Assembly: GCA_028826165.1 (NCBI GenBank)
Contig: JAPDFW010000027.1
Location: 5,185-69,184 of the forward strand
Direction: 5' to 3'
Length of the DNA stretch: 64,000 bases
From: Anaeramoeba ignava BMAN
Lineage: Eukaryota > Protista > Anaeramoebae
The position numbers and the translations under genes were made by a program. The notes under the pieces are model-generated. The model did no database searches. It saw only the letters and a program-made list of their open reading frames with translations, and had not been told where the DNA came from. Of the stretch, positions 1 through 14,409 are shown piece after piece (positions within the stretch are counted from its first letter, which is position 1; every line of letters starts with the position of its first letter).

Positions 1-3000
1 ATGGTTTACAGCAACATTTTTTCAATGTGCAGTTTTTAGCGGAAGAGTATATTGCTCAGATTATACTTGTGATGTACCAGTTAAAGCTCCATTTTCACAA
101 TTAACACTCATAATAGTTGGTATGAATTTATCTTCTTTTTTTCTCACTTAATTTTTTCATTCAAATTTTTTAATTCGAAATTATTATTTTTTCAATTATT
201 ATTTTTTTAGGCGTTTGCTTTTATGTTGTTATTTTAATTATTTGTTTAATTGCTTTATTCTCTCCTGGTTATTGGCATCCAAATCCCAAACAGTAATTTT
301 ATTTTTCTTGTTTTGATAATTGATATTTTTTTTTCAAAAAGACTTTTAAATAATTATTTTTTTTTTATTTTTTTTTCAATCATTTTATTGATGATTTTGT
401 GATCTGAAAAATTTTTATTGATAAAAAGAAAAATAATTATTTAAAAAATGTTATTGAAATTTTTCTTCTTTTCTCTTTTAAAAAGAGATTAATTACAAAA
501 AAAAATAATTTTATTATTTAAAAATTTATTTAAAAAAAATAAAAACAAAAAGATCAAAAGCATATGCAATGATTGTATTAACATTTCTACCTGTTTCTGG
601 GATTCAATTAATAGTTCCTGAAGTTCATCGGTAAAAAAAATATTAAATATAGATTTAAAAGAAAAGGAAAAAAAAATTAAAAGGAATTGATTTGAAATTA
701 TTTTTTTTTTGAAATCATGAATTAAATTATTCGAAAAAAAGAGGGTATGTTTTTACTTATTATACAGGAAATCGATATTCGATAGAAATTACACAATTAT
801 CAGGAAATTCAGCAAGAATGAATGTATCAAACTATTATTCTTCTTATGTTGATGGAATGGATGCAATGGTTGCTGTTTTTGAAGCTACTGGTGATGAAGA
901 AGGCGTTTTCCAGCTTTCTACAGTAGCTAAAGAGATTTATAGAGATAAAGATAAAGGTCAGTATTTTAAAGTCGATTCTTCTATAGGTGATATTATTCGT
1001 GATATAAGTCATTTAGAAGATGGTAAATATTATATGTGGACTGTTCTTCCAGCAAAAATTGTAATTTTTATATAAAATTAAACAGAAAATTATTTATAAA
1101 ATTATTTATAAAATTAAATATAAAATTATTTATAAAATTATTTATAAAATTATTAATAAAATTATTTATAAAATTATTTATAAAATTATATTATAAAATT
1201 ATTTATAAAATTATTTATTAAATTATTTATAAAATTAAATATTAAATTATTTATAAAATTATTTATAAAATTAAAATATTAAATTATATAAAATTATTTA
1301 TAAAATTAAATATAAAATTATTAATAAAATTATTTATAAAATTAAATATAAAATTATTTAAAAATTATTTATAAAATTATTTTAAAAAATTATTTATAAA
1401 ATTATTTATAAAATTATTTATAAAAATTATTTATAAAATTATTTATAAAATTATTTATAAAATTATTTATAAAATTATATAAAAAATATAAAAATTAATT
1501 TTAAATTTATAAAATTATTTATAAAATTAATTATAAAATTAATTATAAAATTAAATATAAAATTATTTATAAAATTATTTATAAAATTATTTTATAAAAT
1601 TATTTATAAAATTATTTATAAAATTATTTATAAAATTATTTATAAAATTATTTATAAAATTATTTATAAAATTATTATATAAAATTAATTATTAAATTAA
1701 TTATAAAATTAAAATTAATAAAATTATTTATAAAATTATTTATAAAAATTAAATATAAAATTAAATATAAAATTAATTTATAAAATTAAATATAAAATTA
1801 AATATAAAATTATTTATAAAATTAATTATAAAATTATTTATAAAATTATTTATAAAATTAAATATAAAATTATTTATAAAATTATTTATAAAATTATTTA
1901 TAAAAATTATTTATAAAATTAAATTATAAAATTATTTATAAAATTATTTATAAAATTATTTATAAAATTATTTATTAAATTATTTATAAAATTAATTATA
2001 AAATTATTTATAAAAAAATAAAAATATAAAAATAAATATAATTAAATATAAAATTATTTATAAAGTTAATTAAAAATAAATAAAATTAATTATAAAATAT
2101 AAATTTAAATAAAATTATTAATAAAATTAAATATAAAATAAATATAAAATTATTTTATAAAATTATATATAAAATTATTTATAAAATTATTTATAAAAAA
2201 TTATTTATAAAATTATTTATTAAATTATTTATATTCAAAATTATTTATAAAATTAAATATAAAATTATTTATAAAATTATTTATAAAATTAAAATTATAT
2301 AAAATTATTTATAAAATTATTTATAAAATTAAAATAAAATTATTTAAAATTAAATATAAAATTAAATATAAAATTATTTATAAAATTAAATATAAAATTA
2401 TATAAAATTATTTATAAAATTATTTATAAAATTATTTATAAAATTAATTATAAAATTAAATATAAAATTATTTATAAAATTATTTTTATAAAATTAAATA
2501 TAAAAAAAAATATAAAATTAATTATAAAATTATTTATAAAAATAAAATTATTTATAAAATTATTTATTAAATTATTTATAAAATTATTAATAAAATTAAA
2601 TATAAAATTATTTATAAAATTAAATATAAAATTATTTATAAAATTATTTATAAAATTAATTATAAAATTAATTTATAAAAATTTATAAAAATTTATAAAA
2701 TTAAGTATTTATAAAATTAAATATAAAAATTATTTATAAAATTAAATTAAAAATTATTTATAAAATTATTTATAAAATTATTTATAAAATTAAATATAAA
2801 ATTAAACATAAAATTATTTATAAAATTATTTATAAAAATTATTTATAAAATTATTTATAAAATTATTTATAAAATTAATTATAAAATTATTTATAAAATT
2901 AAATATAAAATTATTTATAAAATTAAATTAAATATAAAATTATTTATAAAATTATTTATAAAATTAAATATAAAATTATTTATTTAAATTATTTATAAAA

Positions 3001-4634
3001 TTATTTATAAAATTATTTATAAAATTATTTATAGAAATTATTTATAAAATTATTTATAAAATTATTTATAAAATTAAATTAAAATTAATTATAAAATTAT
3101 TTATAAAATTAAATATAAAATTATTTATAAAATTAAATATAAAAATTATAAAATTATTTTATAAAATTATATATAAAAATATATATATTTTATAAAATTA
3201 ATTATAAAATTATTTATAAAAAAATTAAAATATAAAATTAATTATAAAATTAATTATAAAATTATTTATAAAATTATTTATAAAATTATTTTATATAAAA
3301 TTATTTATAAAATTATTTATAGTACATAAAATTATTTATAAAATTATTTATAAAATTTTATAAAATTATTTTATAAAATTATTTATAAAATTATTTATAA
3401 AATTAATTATAAAATTAAATATAAAATTAAATATAAAATTATTTATTAAATTATTTATATAAAAATTATTATAAATTATTTATAAAATTATTTATAAAAT
3501 TAATTATAAAATTATTTTATTAAATTATTTATAAAATTATTAATAAAATTATTTATAAAATTATTTATTAAATTATTTTATAAAATTATTTATAAAAATT
3601 AAATATAAAATTATTTATAAAATTATTTATAAAATTATTTATAAAATTAAATATAAAATTATTTATAAAATCATTTATAAAATTAATTATAAAATTATTT
3701 ATAAAATTAATTATAAAATTATTTATAAAATTATTTATAAAATTATTTATAAAATTAAATATAAAATTATTTATAAAATTATTTATAAAATTATTTATAA
3801 AATTATTTATAAAATTATTTATAAAATTATTTATAAAATTATTTATAAAATTATTTATAAAATTAATTATAAAATTAATTATAAAATTAAATATAAAATT
3901 AATTATAAAATTATTTATAAAATTATTTATAAAATTATTTTATAAAATTATATATAAAATTATTTATAAAATTATTTATAAAATTATTTATAAAATTATT
4001 TATAAAATTAATTATAAAATTAATTATAAAATTATTTATAAAATTATTTATAAAATTATTTATAAAATTAAATATAAAATTAAATATAAAATTATTTATA
4101 AAAATTAAATATAAAAATTATTTATAAAATTAAATATAAAATTATTTATAAAATTAAATATAAAATTATTTATAAAATTAAATATAAAATTATTTATAAA
4201 ATTAAATATAAAATTATTTATAAAATTAAATATAAAATTAATTATAAAATTATTTATAAAATTATTTATAAAATTATTTATAAAATTAAATATAAAATTA
4301 TATATAAAATTAAAATATAAAATTATATATAAAATTAATTATAAAATTAAATTATAAAATTAAATATAAAATTATTTATTAAATTATTTATAAAATTATT
4401 TATAAAATTAAATATAAAATATAAAATTAAATTATAAAATTAAATATAAAATTATATATAAATTTTTAGATTTCGGATAAATCTTATGTTGCTGATCTTC
4501 CTTGGTCTGGATCTAAATATTCTTATACTTTCTCAAATCTAAAAAAAATTACAGGAGGATTTCTTGACAGAAGAGCATATCGTTTATGCAAATGGCATTC
4601 TAGTTATGGTTGTTCTGATTCAATTCATTCTTAA
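1..4634 (+). CDS. Unknown membrane-associated protein, 5' end outside window; exons <1-119, 211-292, 553-630, 742-1060, 4470-4634
   Basis: GT-AG introns 120-210, 293-552, 631-741 and 1061-4469 join in frame: ..FSQLTLIIVG/VCFYVVILIICLIALFSPGYWHPNPKQ/SKAYAMIVLTFLPVSGIQLIVPEVHR/GYVFTYY..VLPAKI/ISDKSYVADLPW..SDSIHS*. Hydrophobic segments present; no family recognised. Confidence 0.7.
1069..4462 (+). repeat. ~3.4 kb 12-bp satellite (ATAAAATTATTT, variants ATAAAATTAAAT/ATAAAATTAATT) filling intron 1061-4469
   Basis: Direct tandem periodicity, almost no G/C, bounded by GTAATT donor and TTTTTAG acceptor. Confidence 0.95.
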
Positions 4635-4955
4635 TTTGTTAGGGAAAATATTCCATTTTTTTTCTTTTTTCTTTTTCTTTCATTGAATTCATTTGTTTTC
4701 CCTTTTCTATTTGCTAAATGTTTTTTTTTCTTTTCTTTTTCTTTTTTTTTTAAATTTTTTTTTTTTAATCGAATGGATAATTTAAAATAGGATTATAAAA
4801 TCAAAAAAAAAATTAAATCAAAATCAAAATCAAATTTTTTATTTAATTTTATTTAAATTTATTATTTAATCTTATTTAAAATTTTTTCTTTTAAATTAAA
4901 TTTGAATTGATCAAAAAAAAATATCAAAAATGGAAAATGAAAAAACTGTCAAAAA

Positions 4956-7850
4956 TTATTTTTGATTTTCTTTATCTTTATCTTTATCTTTTTGAAGTAA
5001 ATTATTTTGTCCAGTCTCATTTGAATCACTTTGCATACTTGTAACAACATCTTCCCAATCTGAAGTAGTTGAAGGAGAAAGTTTTTCAGTACTATCATTT
5101 GAATAATTTTCAAAATCTTGAGTTTGAATATCTGGAGATTGTGTATCATCAGTAAAAAGACGAACCAAATTTGGAATTCTTTTTTCTTTTTGATTATTAT
5201 TATTATTGTTATTATTGTTATTGTTGTTATTGTTATTATTATTATTATTATCGCTTTTATCTTCATCTTGGTTATCAAGTGATAAACTGTTGTCATCTGA
5301 ATGTAATTCTATTGATCTTAAATTGAAAAGTTTTGCTTTTTCTTGATTTAATGAAAGATGATGTGAATTTTTATAACCAAGAGTCATTGCTCTTGTCATT
5401 GGAGAATAAGTTGAATAAGTCGAACGAAGAGACTTGCTTTCTTGTTGAGGAACTTCAGATCTATATGGATGAGTTCCTTTGCTCCAACTTAGTTGATCGA
5501 TTTTTTTGCGCATTTCTTGACTTGTTAATTGTTTTCTTAATGGTTTTAATTTTTCATCCATTGCTGATTTTCCATCAGTTGATGATTTTGGTTTTGGTTT
5601 TATTTTTGTTTTTGTTTTTGTTTGATTAATCATTTTAGCTCTTTTTTTTGCTCCAATAAGTGATATTCTGTTTAGGTTAACTCCAGGATGATTTAATAAT
5701 TCTGTGTATTGATTTCTCATTTGAAGGAATTTCCGTTTTTCTTCTGGATTCATTTTCTCTTTTATTTTTTGTTCTTTTATTGTTTCAAAAAGTTGAATTA
5801 AACGATATTCATTTAGTGAAAGATCTCGAACGAAATGTTTGATTATCCATTGATCAATATCACTTGATTTAATTTGATTTAATTTAATTTTAATTTAAAT
5901 TTTAATTTTAATTTTGATTTAATTTGATTTAATTTAAATTTAAATTTAATTTAATTTGATTTGATTTAATTTAAATTTAAATTTAATTTGATTTGATTTA
6001 ATTTGATTTGATTTAATTTAAATTTAATTTGATTTAATTTTATACTGCCATAAATGAGACCAACCAGATAAACCACTTGTACCAGAAACAATTAAACAAA
6101 AAGCTTCTTGAATAAAAGGATAAATTTTCCTAAAAATTGAGATTGAAATTTTATCAATCTTTGTAGCTCTTTTAATATGAAACCAACGCAAAATATGACG
6201 AATCAAACCACCCAGAATAAAAATAGTAACGAAAATAAGAACCAAAGTTGCACTAATCAAAGTATTTTTAGCCTCAATAGAATCCGACAATGTAAAAACA
6301 AGAGCAAAAGCAATAGCACCTCTCAAACCACTAAAAGCCATTACGAATTGGTTTTGGTAAGATATTTTAGAAGAGCGCTTTATATTGTCAAGCCAAGTGA
6401 GACCGAAAATGATCACAAAGCGATAAATAAGACAGAAAATAATAGTTAAAGCAGTAAAAGAGCCTGAAAATTTATGTTGAAATTTTGAACCGCTATTGAA
6501 GAAAAATTGGAACGCAAAATAAATCCCCAAGTAAACAAAAACAATGGCCTCAGTTGTTGAAGCCAAGGCCTTAATACTTCTTTCCAAAACAAGTGAGACA
6601 GTATGTTCGAGATTGATTTGAGAATATCTGGAGATGATAATCCCGCAGAAAAGAACCGATACAATTCCACTCAAGCTGAATAATTCTGCCAAAATAAACG
6701 ATAAAAACCCAAACGAAATGACAATAATGGGTTCAAAGAGCTTGATTGGGCTTGTGTACTTTGTGACCCAAGTGCACATCAACGCAACAACAACTCCCAC
6801 TAATGTTCCGCCTATTGCGACAATGAAAAAACGTGCAATCGCAAGAAATGGGACACCGGCAGTTACTTTTACATTTGTAAGTGATTCAAACAGTTGAAAC
6901 AGTACAATTGATACTGCATCGTTAAGTACGGATTCTCCAAACAAAAGCATGTTTAATGTTTCGTTTACGTGTATTGATTCAAATATTGCTAATACTGCTA
7001 CTGGATCTACTGCTGAGATTAAAGACCCAAATACTAATAGTTCTATAAATGAAATTTCAAATGAAAATATCTTTCTAAGTCCATAAAGTGATCCTGCAAC
7101 TAAAAATGTATTGAGTACGGTTCCAAGTACTGCATATAAAAGAATTGTTCTAATATTATTAAAAAAATAGTTTTTATCCAGAAAATATCCAGCCTAAATG
7201 AAATATTAAATGAAATTTTAAATGAAATTTTAATTTTAATTGAAATATTAATTTTAATTTTAATTTTAATTTTAATTTTAATTTTAATTTTAATTTTAAT
7301 TTTAATTTTTGATCTTTGATTAAATTAAGTTAATTGTTGTCAAATTTAAACTAAATTGCTTTCATCAAAAATTTATATTTTATTTTTTAAAAAAACTCAA
7401 AAAAAAAAAAAGTTTTTAAATGATGATTGGAAAAAAAAAATTATAATAAAAATCAACTTAAATTCTTTGAAAATGAATTAAAAAATTCTTAAAAAAATTA
7501 TTAATTAAAAATTTGTAGAAAGAAAAAAAATTTTTTTTTGAAGATTAATTAAAGAATAATTTAATTTCTTTTCTTACTTCAAAAATTATTGGAGGAATAA
7601 GAATTAAAAAAAATAAATTTGTGCTAAATCCAAATATTAAATGCTCAGAAAGTCCAAATCCTAATCCAGTAACTCCAAGAATAACTCCTAATAAAACTAT
7701 AATTGCACTTTCTGGTAAAATTTTAATTGAATATTTAACAACTAACATTCTAATAAGAATAAGAATAAAAAGTGCAAAAAATCCTAATATCAAAAATTCG
7801 ATTGTTGAATTAAAATGAACAAAAATAACTCGGAATTTATCTTCTGACAT
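4956..7850 (-). CDS. Na+/H+ exchanger (CPA1/NHE, SLC9 family); exons 7850-7578, 7193-6046, 5862-4956
   Basis: Motifs ILPES, LIPPIIFE/AGY, ISAVDPVAVL, FGESVLNDAVSIVL, SGLRGAIAFAL; in-frame GT-AG junctions; long hydrophilic C-tail with poly-N. Confidence 0.93.
5865..6040. repeat. GATTT/AATTT pentamer array in NHE intron 2
   Basis: Tandem periodicity between donor (6045) and acceptor (5863). Confidence 0.85.
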
Positions 7851-8132
7851 TTTAAAAAAAATATTTTTTTTGATTAAATTAATTGATTTAAAAATTTGGA
7901 AGAGAGAAAAAAAATGAAAAAAATGAAAATTAAAAAAAAAAAGAAAAAGAAAAAGAAAAGAAAAAGAAAAGTTAATTTTTAAAAGAAAACTGCATCTCTT
8001 GATTGATTTTTTTTTTCGATTACTAAAAAAACGAAACTAAGAAAATTAATTTTGATTTTGGTTCTTTTTGATTAATTGATATATTTTTTTGGATATATAA
8101 ATGAAAGGAGTAAAAGAATTGAAAAAATCAAA

Positions 8133-10776
8133 TTAAACATTTTGATGTTCATCATTTTTAATTAAAGATTCTCTTTCAGAATTTGTTTCTGAATTTTTTT
8201 CATCAATTTTGATCAAGAAATCTTTTTCAGAATTTGTTTCATCTTCTTCTTTTGTAACATTTTCTTTTAAAAGGAAATGAGAAGATTTTTCCAATTCAGG
8301 AGATTTAATAAAAAGCATTAAAAGAAAACCAATAAAATAAATGAAACCAAGAGTAATAAAAACAAGAGCAGGGAAATTAATATATTCTGCGAATGAAAAA
8401 TAAGAACCAGCAAGAAAAGGGCCAAGTGAACGAAACAAAGAACCGATTGATCCAGCAGATCCTTGAATCATTCCTTGATTTCCAGGTCCAGAGGCATTGC
8501 TAATCATTGTAAGAGCGTTTGAGAGCAAAGACATCATTCCAAAGCAATAAGGAAGAATAAAGATTGAGAAAACAACCCATTTCCATATTGCATGTGATTC
8601 CAAATGACCGATTATTAATCGTGAAATTGGGAAACATTGATGCGCAAACAGCAGTTACTAATGACCCTAAAAGAAATAATTTTCTCACTCCAATTTTTTT
8701 CACTAATTTGTTATACCATAGAAGTTCATAAATAGTTGTTCCTATTCCAAAAACAATAAAAATAACTCCTGTTTCATTTGGTGAAAATCCTAATCCTCCT
8801 TCGCTATAATCAAGTGTAGCATATAAAATCATGAGAACGAAAACCGATCCATTTGAGAAATCACATAAAGAAAAGACGATTACAAGTTTTCGAAGTAATC
8901 GATTTGCCCAAACATATTTAAATCCTTCTTTTAAATTTTTAAATTTATGGACAAAGGGTTCAACTTCTAAAAATATTTTGATAAAATAAATAATATTTAA
9001 ATTGATTTAATTTGATTTAATTTAATTTAAATTGATTTAATTTAAATTGATTTAATTTAATTTGATTTAATTTAATTTAATTTGATTTAATTTGATTTAA
9101 TTTAATTTAATTTAATTTGATTTAATTTGATTTAATTTGATTTAATTTAATTTAATTTAATTTAATTTAATTTAATTTAATTTAATTTGATTTAATTTAA
9201 TTTGATTTAATTTAATTTTTGATTTGATTTAATTTAATTTGATTTAATTTAATTTGATTTAATTTAATTTAATTTGATTTAATTTGATTTAATTTAAATT
9301 TGATTTAATTTAAATTTGATTTAATTTAATTTAATTTGATTTAATTTGAATTTGATTTAATTTAATATGATTTGATTTAATATGATTTGATTTAATTTGA
9401 TTTAATTTGATTTGATTTGATTTGATTTAATTTAATTTAATTTAATTTGATTTAATTTAATTTAATTTGATTTGATTTGATTTGATTTGATTTGATTTAA
9501 TTTGATTTAATTTGATTTGATTTGATTTAATTTGATTTAATTTGATTTAATTTGGAATTTGATTTGATTTAATTTGATTTAATTTGATTTGATTTGATTT
9601 AATTTAATTTGATTTAATTTAATTTGATTTGAATTTGATTTAATTTAATTTGATTTAATTTAATTTAATTTGATTTAATTTAATTTAATTTGATTTGATT
9701 TAATTTGATTTGATTTGATTTAATATTTGATTTAATTTGATTTGATTTGATTTGATTTAATTTGATTTGATTTGATTTGATTTGATTTGATTTAATTTGA
9801 TTTGATTTGATTTGATTTGATTTGAATTTGATTTAATTTAATTTAATTTAATTTGATTTAATTTGATTTAATTTGATTTAATTTGATTTAATTTGATTTG
9901 ATTTAATTTGATTTAATTTAATTTAATTTAATTTGATTTAATTTTAGATTTAATTTGATTTAATTTGATTTAATTTGATTTAATTTAATTTGATTTGATT
10001 TGATTTGATTTAATTTGATTTAAATTGATTTAATTTGATTTAATTTAATTTTAATTTTCACCTTTAGGCATTAATCCTTTATCAGAAAAAAATATATATG
10101 TAATTATTGCAACAATAAATACAATAATAGCTCCAATAATACATGGAAATAAATATGGATTTTTTTTAAAACTTTCAACACCAAAATCATGTCCAAAAAA
10201 AATTGAAACAGTAGCAGAACTTAATCCTCTAAAAAAAGCATAACAAGCGCTCATTGCAGCAAAAAGAAAAGATCTATAGTTATTAAGAACACCTGATGTT
10301 AAATCACTAAAAACAGCTTTTGTTACAACTTCTGAACCATCAGTTAATCCAGCAATAACTTGAAGTATAATTAGTAGAGGAACAGACCAAGCAAATCCAA
10401 ATAATAATAATGTAATTGAAACCATAAAAAGACTGAATATGATAATTGGTTTTCGACCAAATTTATCAGAAAAATATCCCAAATAAAAACATGAAAAAAA
10501 AGAACTTGCTTTAAAAGAACCTTCAATTACACCTGAAAGAACTCCTACATTTTTTTTGGAAATGTGAAATCTTTTTTTAAGCATTTTAGGAACAAAAGGA
10601 TAAACAAGAGTTCCTCCATATTCATCAAAACCAATTGCTGTAAGAAGAATTGCTGCTACTTTTTGTGCTTTTTTAATTGCTATTTTTGCGTTGCTTTTGG
10701 TTTCTTCTTCTTCTGATTTTTCTTCTAATTCTTCTTGTTTTTCTTTTTCTGATGTGTTTATATTTATTAAAGACAT
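8133..10776 (-). CDS. MFS transporter (ZIF-like) copy 1; exons 10776-10062 and 8966-8133; +1 frameshift in G run at 8629-8631
   Basis: MFS motif A GYFSDKFGRKPII, KNPYLFPCII, GGLGFSPNETG, RSLGPFLAG. Removing one base at 8629-8631 restores the frame seen in copy 2. Confidence 0.85.
8995..10058. repeat. GATTT/AATTT pentamer array filling MFS copy 1 intron (8967-10061)
   Basis: Tandem periodicity. Confidence 0.95.
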
Positions 10777-11185
10777 TTATTATTTATTATTTATTTCAAT
10801 CTGTGAATATTTTTTTATCTTGTGAATTTTGTTTTATTGTCTTTAATTTGGTTAAAATAAAGTTAAAAAAAAATAAATTTTTCGATTTGGAAGAAGAAAA
10901 AAATTTTTTTTTGAAGTTTTTGCTGACTCACTTTGATCGTAAAAATTTTTTTTTTTTTCAAAGGGATAAGTTTATTTAATTAGATTTTCAAAAGGAAATT
11001 TCTTTTTTGCTTTTTTTAAAATTTTTTGCTTTTTAATTTGTTTTATTCTCAATCAAAAAAAAAAAAAAAAAAAAGAAGAAAAGAAGAAAGAAGAAAGGTG
11101 GGATTAGTTTAATTAAAGTTTTAATTTAGAAAAAAAATTTTTTTTTTAAAGATTAATTAAAGAATAATTTAATTTCTTTTCTTAC

Positions 11186-11458
11186 TTCAAAAATTATTGG
11201 AGGAATAAGAATTAAAAAAAATAAATTTGTGCTAAATCCAAATATTAAATGCTCAGAAAGTCCAAATCCTAATCCAGTAACTCCAAGAATAACTCCTAAT
11301 AAAACTATAATTGCACTTTCTGGTAAAATTTTAATTGAATATTTAACAACTAACATTCTAATAAGAATAAGAATAAAAAGTGCAAAAAATCCTAATATCA
11401 AAAATTCGATTGTTAAATTAAAATGAACAAAAATAACTCGGAATTTATCTTCTGACAT
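11186..11458 (-). pseudogene. Orphan duplicate of NHE exon 1 with no downstream NHE exons
   Basis: Identical to 7578-7850 except one substitution (S to L). Similarity extends ~50 bp into intron 1 then stops; the next gene downstream is MFS copy 1. Confidence 0.85.
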
Positions 11459-11769
11459 TTAAAAAAAATATTTTTTTTTGATTAAATTAAAAAAATTTGG
11501 AAAAAAGAAAAATTAAGTTTGAAAAGAAAACTTCCACTTTTCATTCATTTTTTGATCTATATTCTAAAAAAAAAAAAAGAACAAAGAAAAAGGAAATAAA
11601 CAACAAAGAAAAAGACATCAAAAATTAATTTTCTTTTGTTTCTTTTGTTTCTTTTTTTTTTCCTCTTTGTTCAATTGATTAATTGATTAATTGATTAATT
11701 GATTAATTGATTAATTGATATATTTTTGGATATATAAATGAAAGGAGTAAAAGAATTGAAAAAATCAAA

Positions 11770-14409
11770 TTAAACATTTTGATGTTCATCATTTTTAATT
11801 AAAGATTCTCTTTCAGAATTTGTTTCTGAATTTTTTTCATCAATTTTGATCAAGAAATCTTTTTCTAAATTTGTTTCATCTTCTTCTTTTGTACCATTTT
11901 CTTTTAAAAGGAAATGAGAAGATTTTTCCAATTCAGGAGATTTAATAAAAAGCATTAAAAGAAAACCAATAAAATAAATGAAACCAAGAGTAATAAAAAC
12001 AAGAGCAGGGAAATTAATATATTCTGCGAATGAAAAATAAGAACCAGCAAGAAAAGGGCCAAGTGAACGAAACAAAGAACCGATTGATCCAACAGATCCT
12101 TGAATCATTCCTTGATTTCCAGGTCCAGAAACGTTGCTAATCATTGTAAGAGCGTTTGAGAGCAAAGACATCAATCCAAAGCAATAAGGAAGAATGAATG
12201 GTGTGAAAACAACCCATTTCCATATTTTATGTGATTCCAAATCTCCGATTACTAATCGAGAAAGTGGAAGTATTGATGTGCAAGTAGCCATTACAAATGA
12301 CCCTAAAAGAAATAATTTTCTCACTCCAATTTTTTTCACTAATTTGTTATACCATAAAAATTGGAAAAGAACTGAGCCAACACCATATATTGCAAAAAAA
12401 ACTCCTGTTTCATTTGGTGAAAATCCTAATCCTCCTTCGCTATAATCAAGTGTAGTATATAAAATTATGAGAACGAAAACCGATCCATTTGAGAAATCAC
12501 ATAAAGAAAAGACGATTACAAGTTTTCGAAGTAATCGATTTGCCCAAGCAAATTTGAATCCTTCTTTTAAATTTTTAAATTTATGGACAAAGGGTTCAAC
12601 TTCTAAAAAGATTTTGATAAAATAAATATTATTTGAAATAAATATTTAAATAAATAATATTTGAAATAAATAATTAAATAATTTTTGAAATAAATAATAT
12701 TTGGAATAAATAATTAAATAATATTTTGGAATAAATAATATTTTGAATAAATAATTAAATAATATTTGGAATAAATAATTAAATAATATTTGAAATAAAT
12801 AATATTTGAAATAAATAATATTTGGAATAAATAATTAAATAATTAAATAATATTTGAAATAAATAATTAAATAATTAAATAATATTTGAAATAAATAATA
12901 TTTGAAATAAATAATATTTGGAATAAATAATTAAATAATTAAATAATATTTTGAAATAAATAAGATTTTGAATTAAATAATATTTTGAAATAAATAATAT
13001 TTGAAATAAATAATATTTGGAATAAATAATTAAATAATTAAATAATATTTGAAATAAATAATATTTGGAATAAATAATATTTTGGAATAAATAATATTTG
13101 AAATAAATAATATTTGGAATAAATAATATTTGAAATAAATAATATTTTGGAATAAATAATATTTGGAAATAAATATTATTTTTGAAATGAATAATATTTG
13201 GAATAAATAATATTTGAAATAAATAATTAAATAATTTTTGGAATAAATAATTAAATATATTTGAAATAAATAATATTTGAAATAAATAATATTTGGAATA
13301 AATAATATTTGAAATAAATAATATTTGGAATAAATAATTAAATAATTTAAATTTAATATTTGAAATAAATAATATTTTGGAATAAATAATATTTTGAAAT
13401 AAATAATATTTGGAATAAATAATTAAATAATTAAATAATATTTGAAATAAATAATATTTGGAATAAATAATATTTTGGAATAAATAATTAAATAATTAAA
13501 TAATATTTGAAATAAATAATTAAATAATATTTGAAATAAATAATTAAATATATTTGAAATAAATAATTAAATAATATTTGAAATAAATAATATTTGAAAT
13601 AAATAATATTTGAAATAAATTTGATTTAATTTGATTTGATTTAATTTGATTTGAATTTGATTTAATTTGAATTGAATTTGATTTAATTTAATTTAATTTT
13701 CACCTTTAGGCATTAATCCTTTATCAGAAAAAAATATATATGTAATTATTGCAACAATAAATACAATAATAGCTCCAATAATACATGGAAATAAATATGG
13801 ATTTTTTTTAAAAATTTCAACACCAAAATCATGTCCAAAAAAAATTGAAACAGTAGCAGAACTTAATCCTCTAAAAAAAGCATAACAAGCGCTCATTGAA
13901 GCAAAAAGAAAAGATCTATATTTATTAAGAACACCTGATGTTAAATCACTAAAAACAGCTTTTGTTACAACTTCTGTGCCATCAGTTAAACCAGCAATGA
14001 TTTCAAGAAGAATAAGAGACGTAACAGACCAAGCAAATCCAAATAATAATAATGTAATTGAAACCATAAAAAGACTGAATATGATAATTGGTTTTCGACC
14101 AAATTTATCAGAAAAATACCCCAAATAAAAACATGAAAAAAAAGAACTTGCTTTAAAAGAACCTTCAATTACACCTGAAAGAACTCCTACATTTTTATTG
14201 GAAATGTGAAATCTTTTTTTAAGCATTTGAGGAACAAAAGGATAAACAAGAGTTCCTCCATATTGATCAAAACCAATTGCTGCAAGAAGAATTGCTGTTA
14301 CTTTTTGTGCTTTTTTAATTGCTATTTTTGTTTTGCTTTTGGTTTCTTCCTCTTTTGATTTTTCTTTTTGTTTTTCTTTTTCTGATGTGTTTATATTTAT
14401 TAAAGACAT
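11770..14409 (-). CDS. MFS transporter (ZIF-like) copy 2, intact; exons 14409-13704 and 12602-11770
   Basis: Paralog of 8133-10776 with the same intron position and phase (PK-E); continuous frame. Confidence 0.9.
12618..13620. repeat. ~17-bp satellite (AATAAATAATATTTGA/GG) filling MFS copy 2 intron (12603-13703)
   Basis: Tandem periodicity; short GATTT/AATTT remnant at ~13620-13700. Confidence 0.95.

Noticed and set aside
1069-4462. CRISPR array, telomeric or centromeric repeat
   Set aside because: No unique spacers, no G-rich telomeric unit, and the array sits inside a frame-consistent intron
10776-11458. Chimeric NHE-exon1/MFS fusion gene
   Set aside because: The donor is retained, but I found no evidence for a frame-compatible acceptor into MFS copy 1, which has its own ATG like copy 2; treated as a duplication remnant
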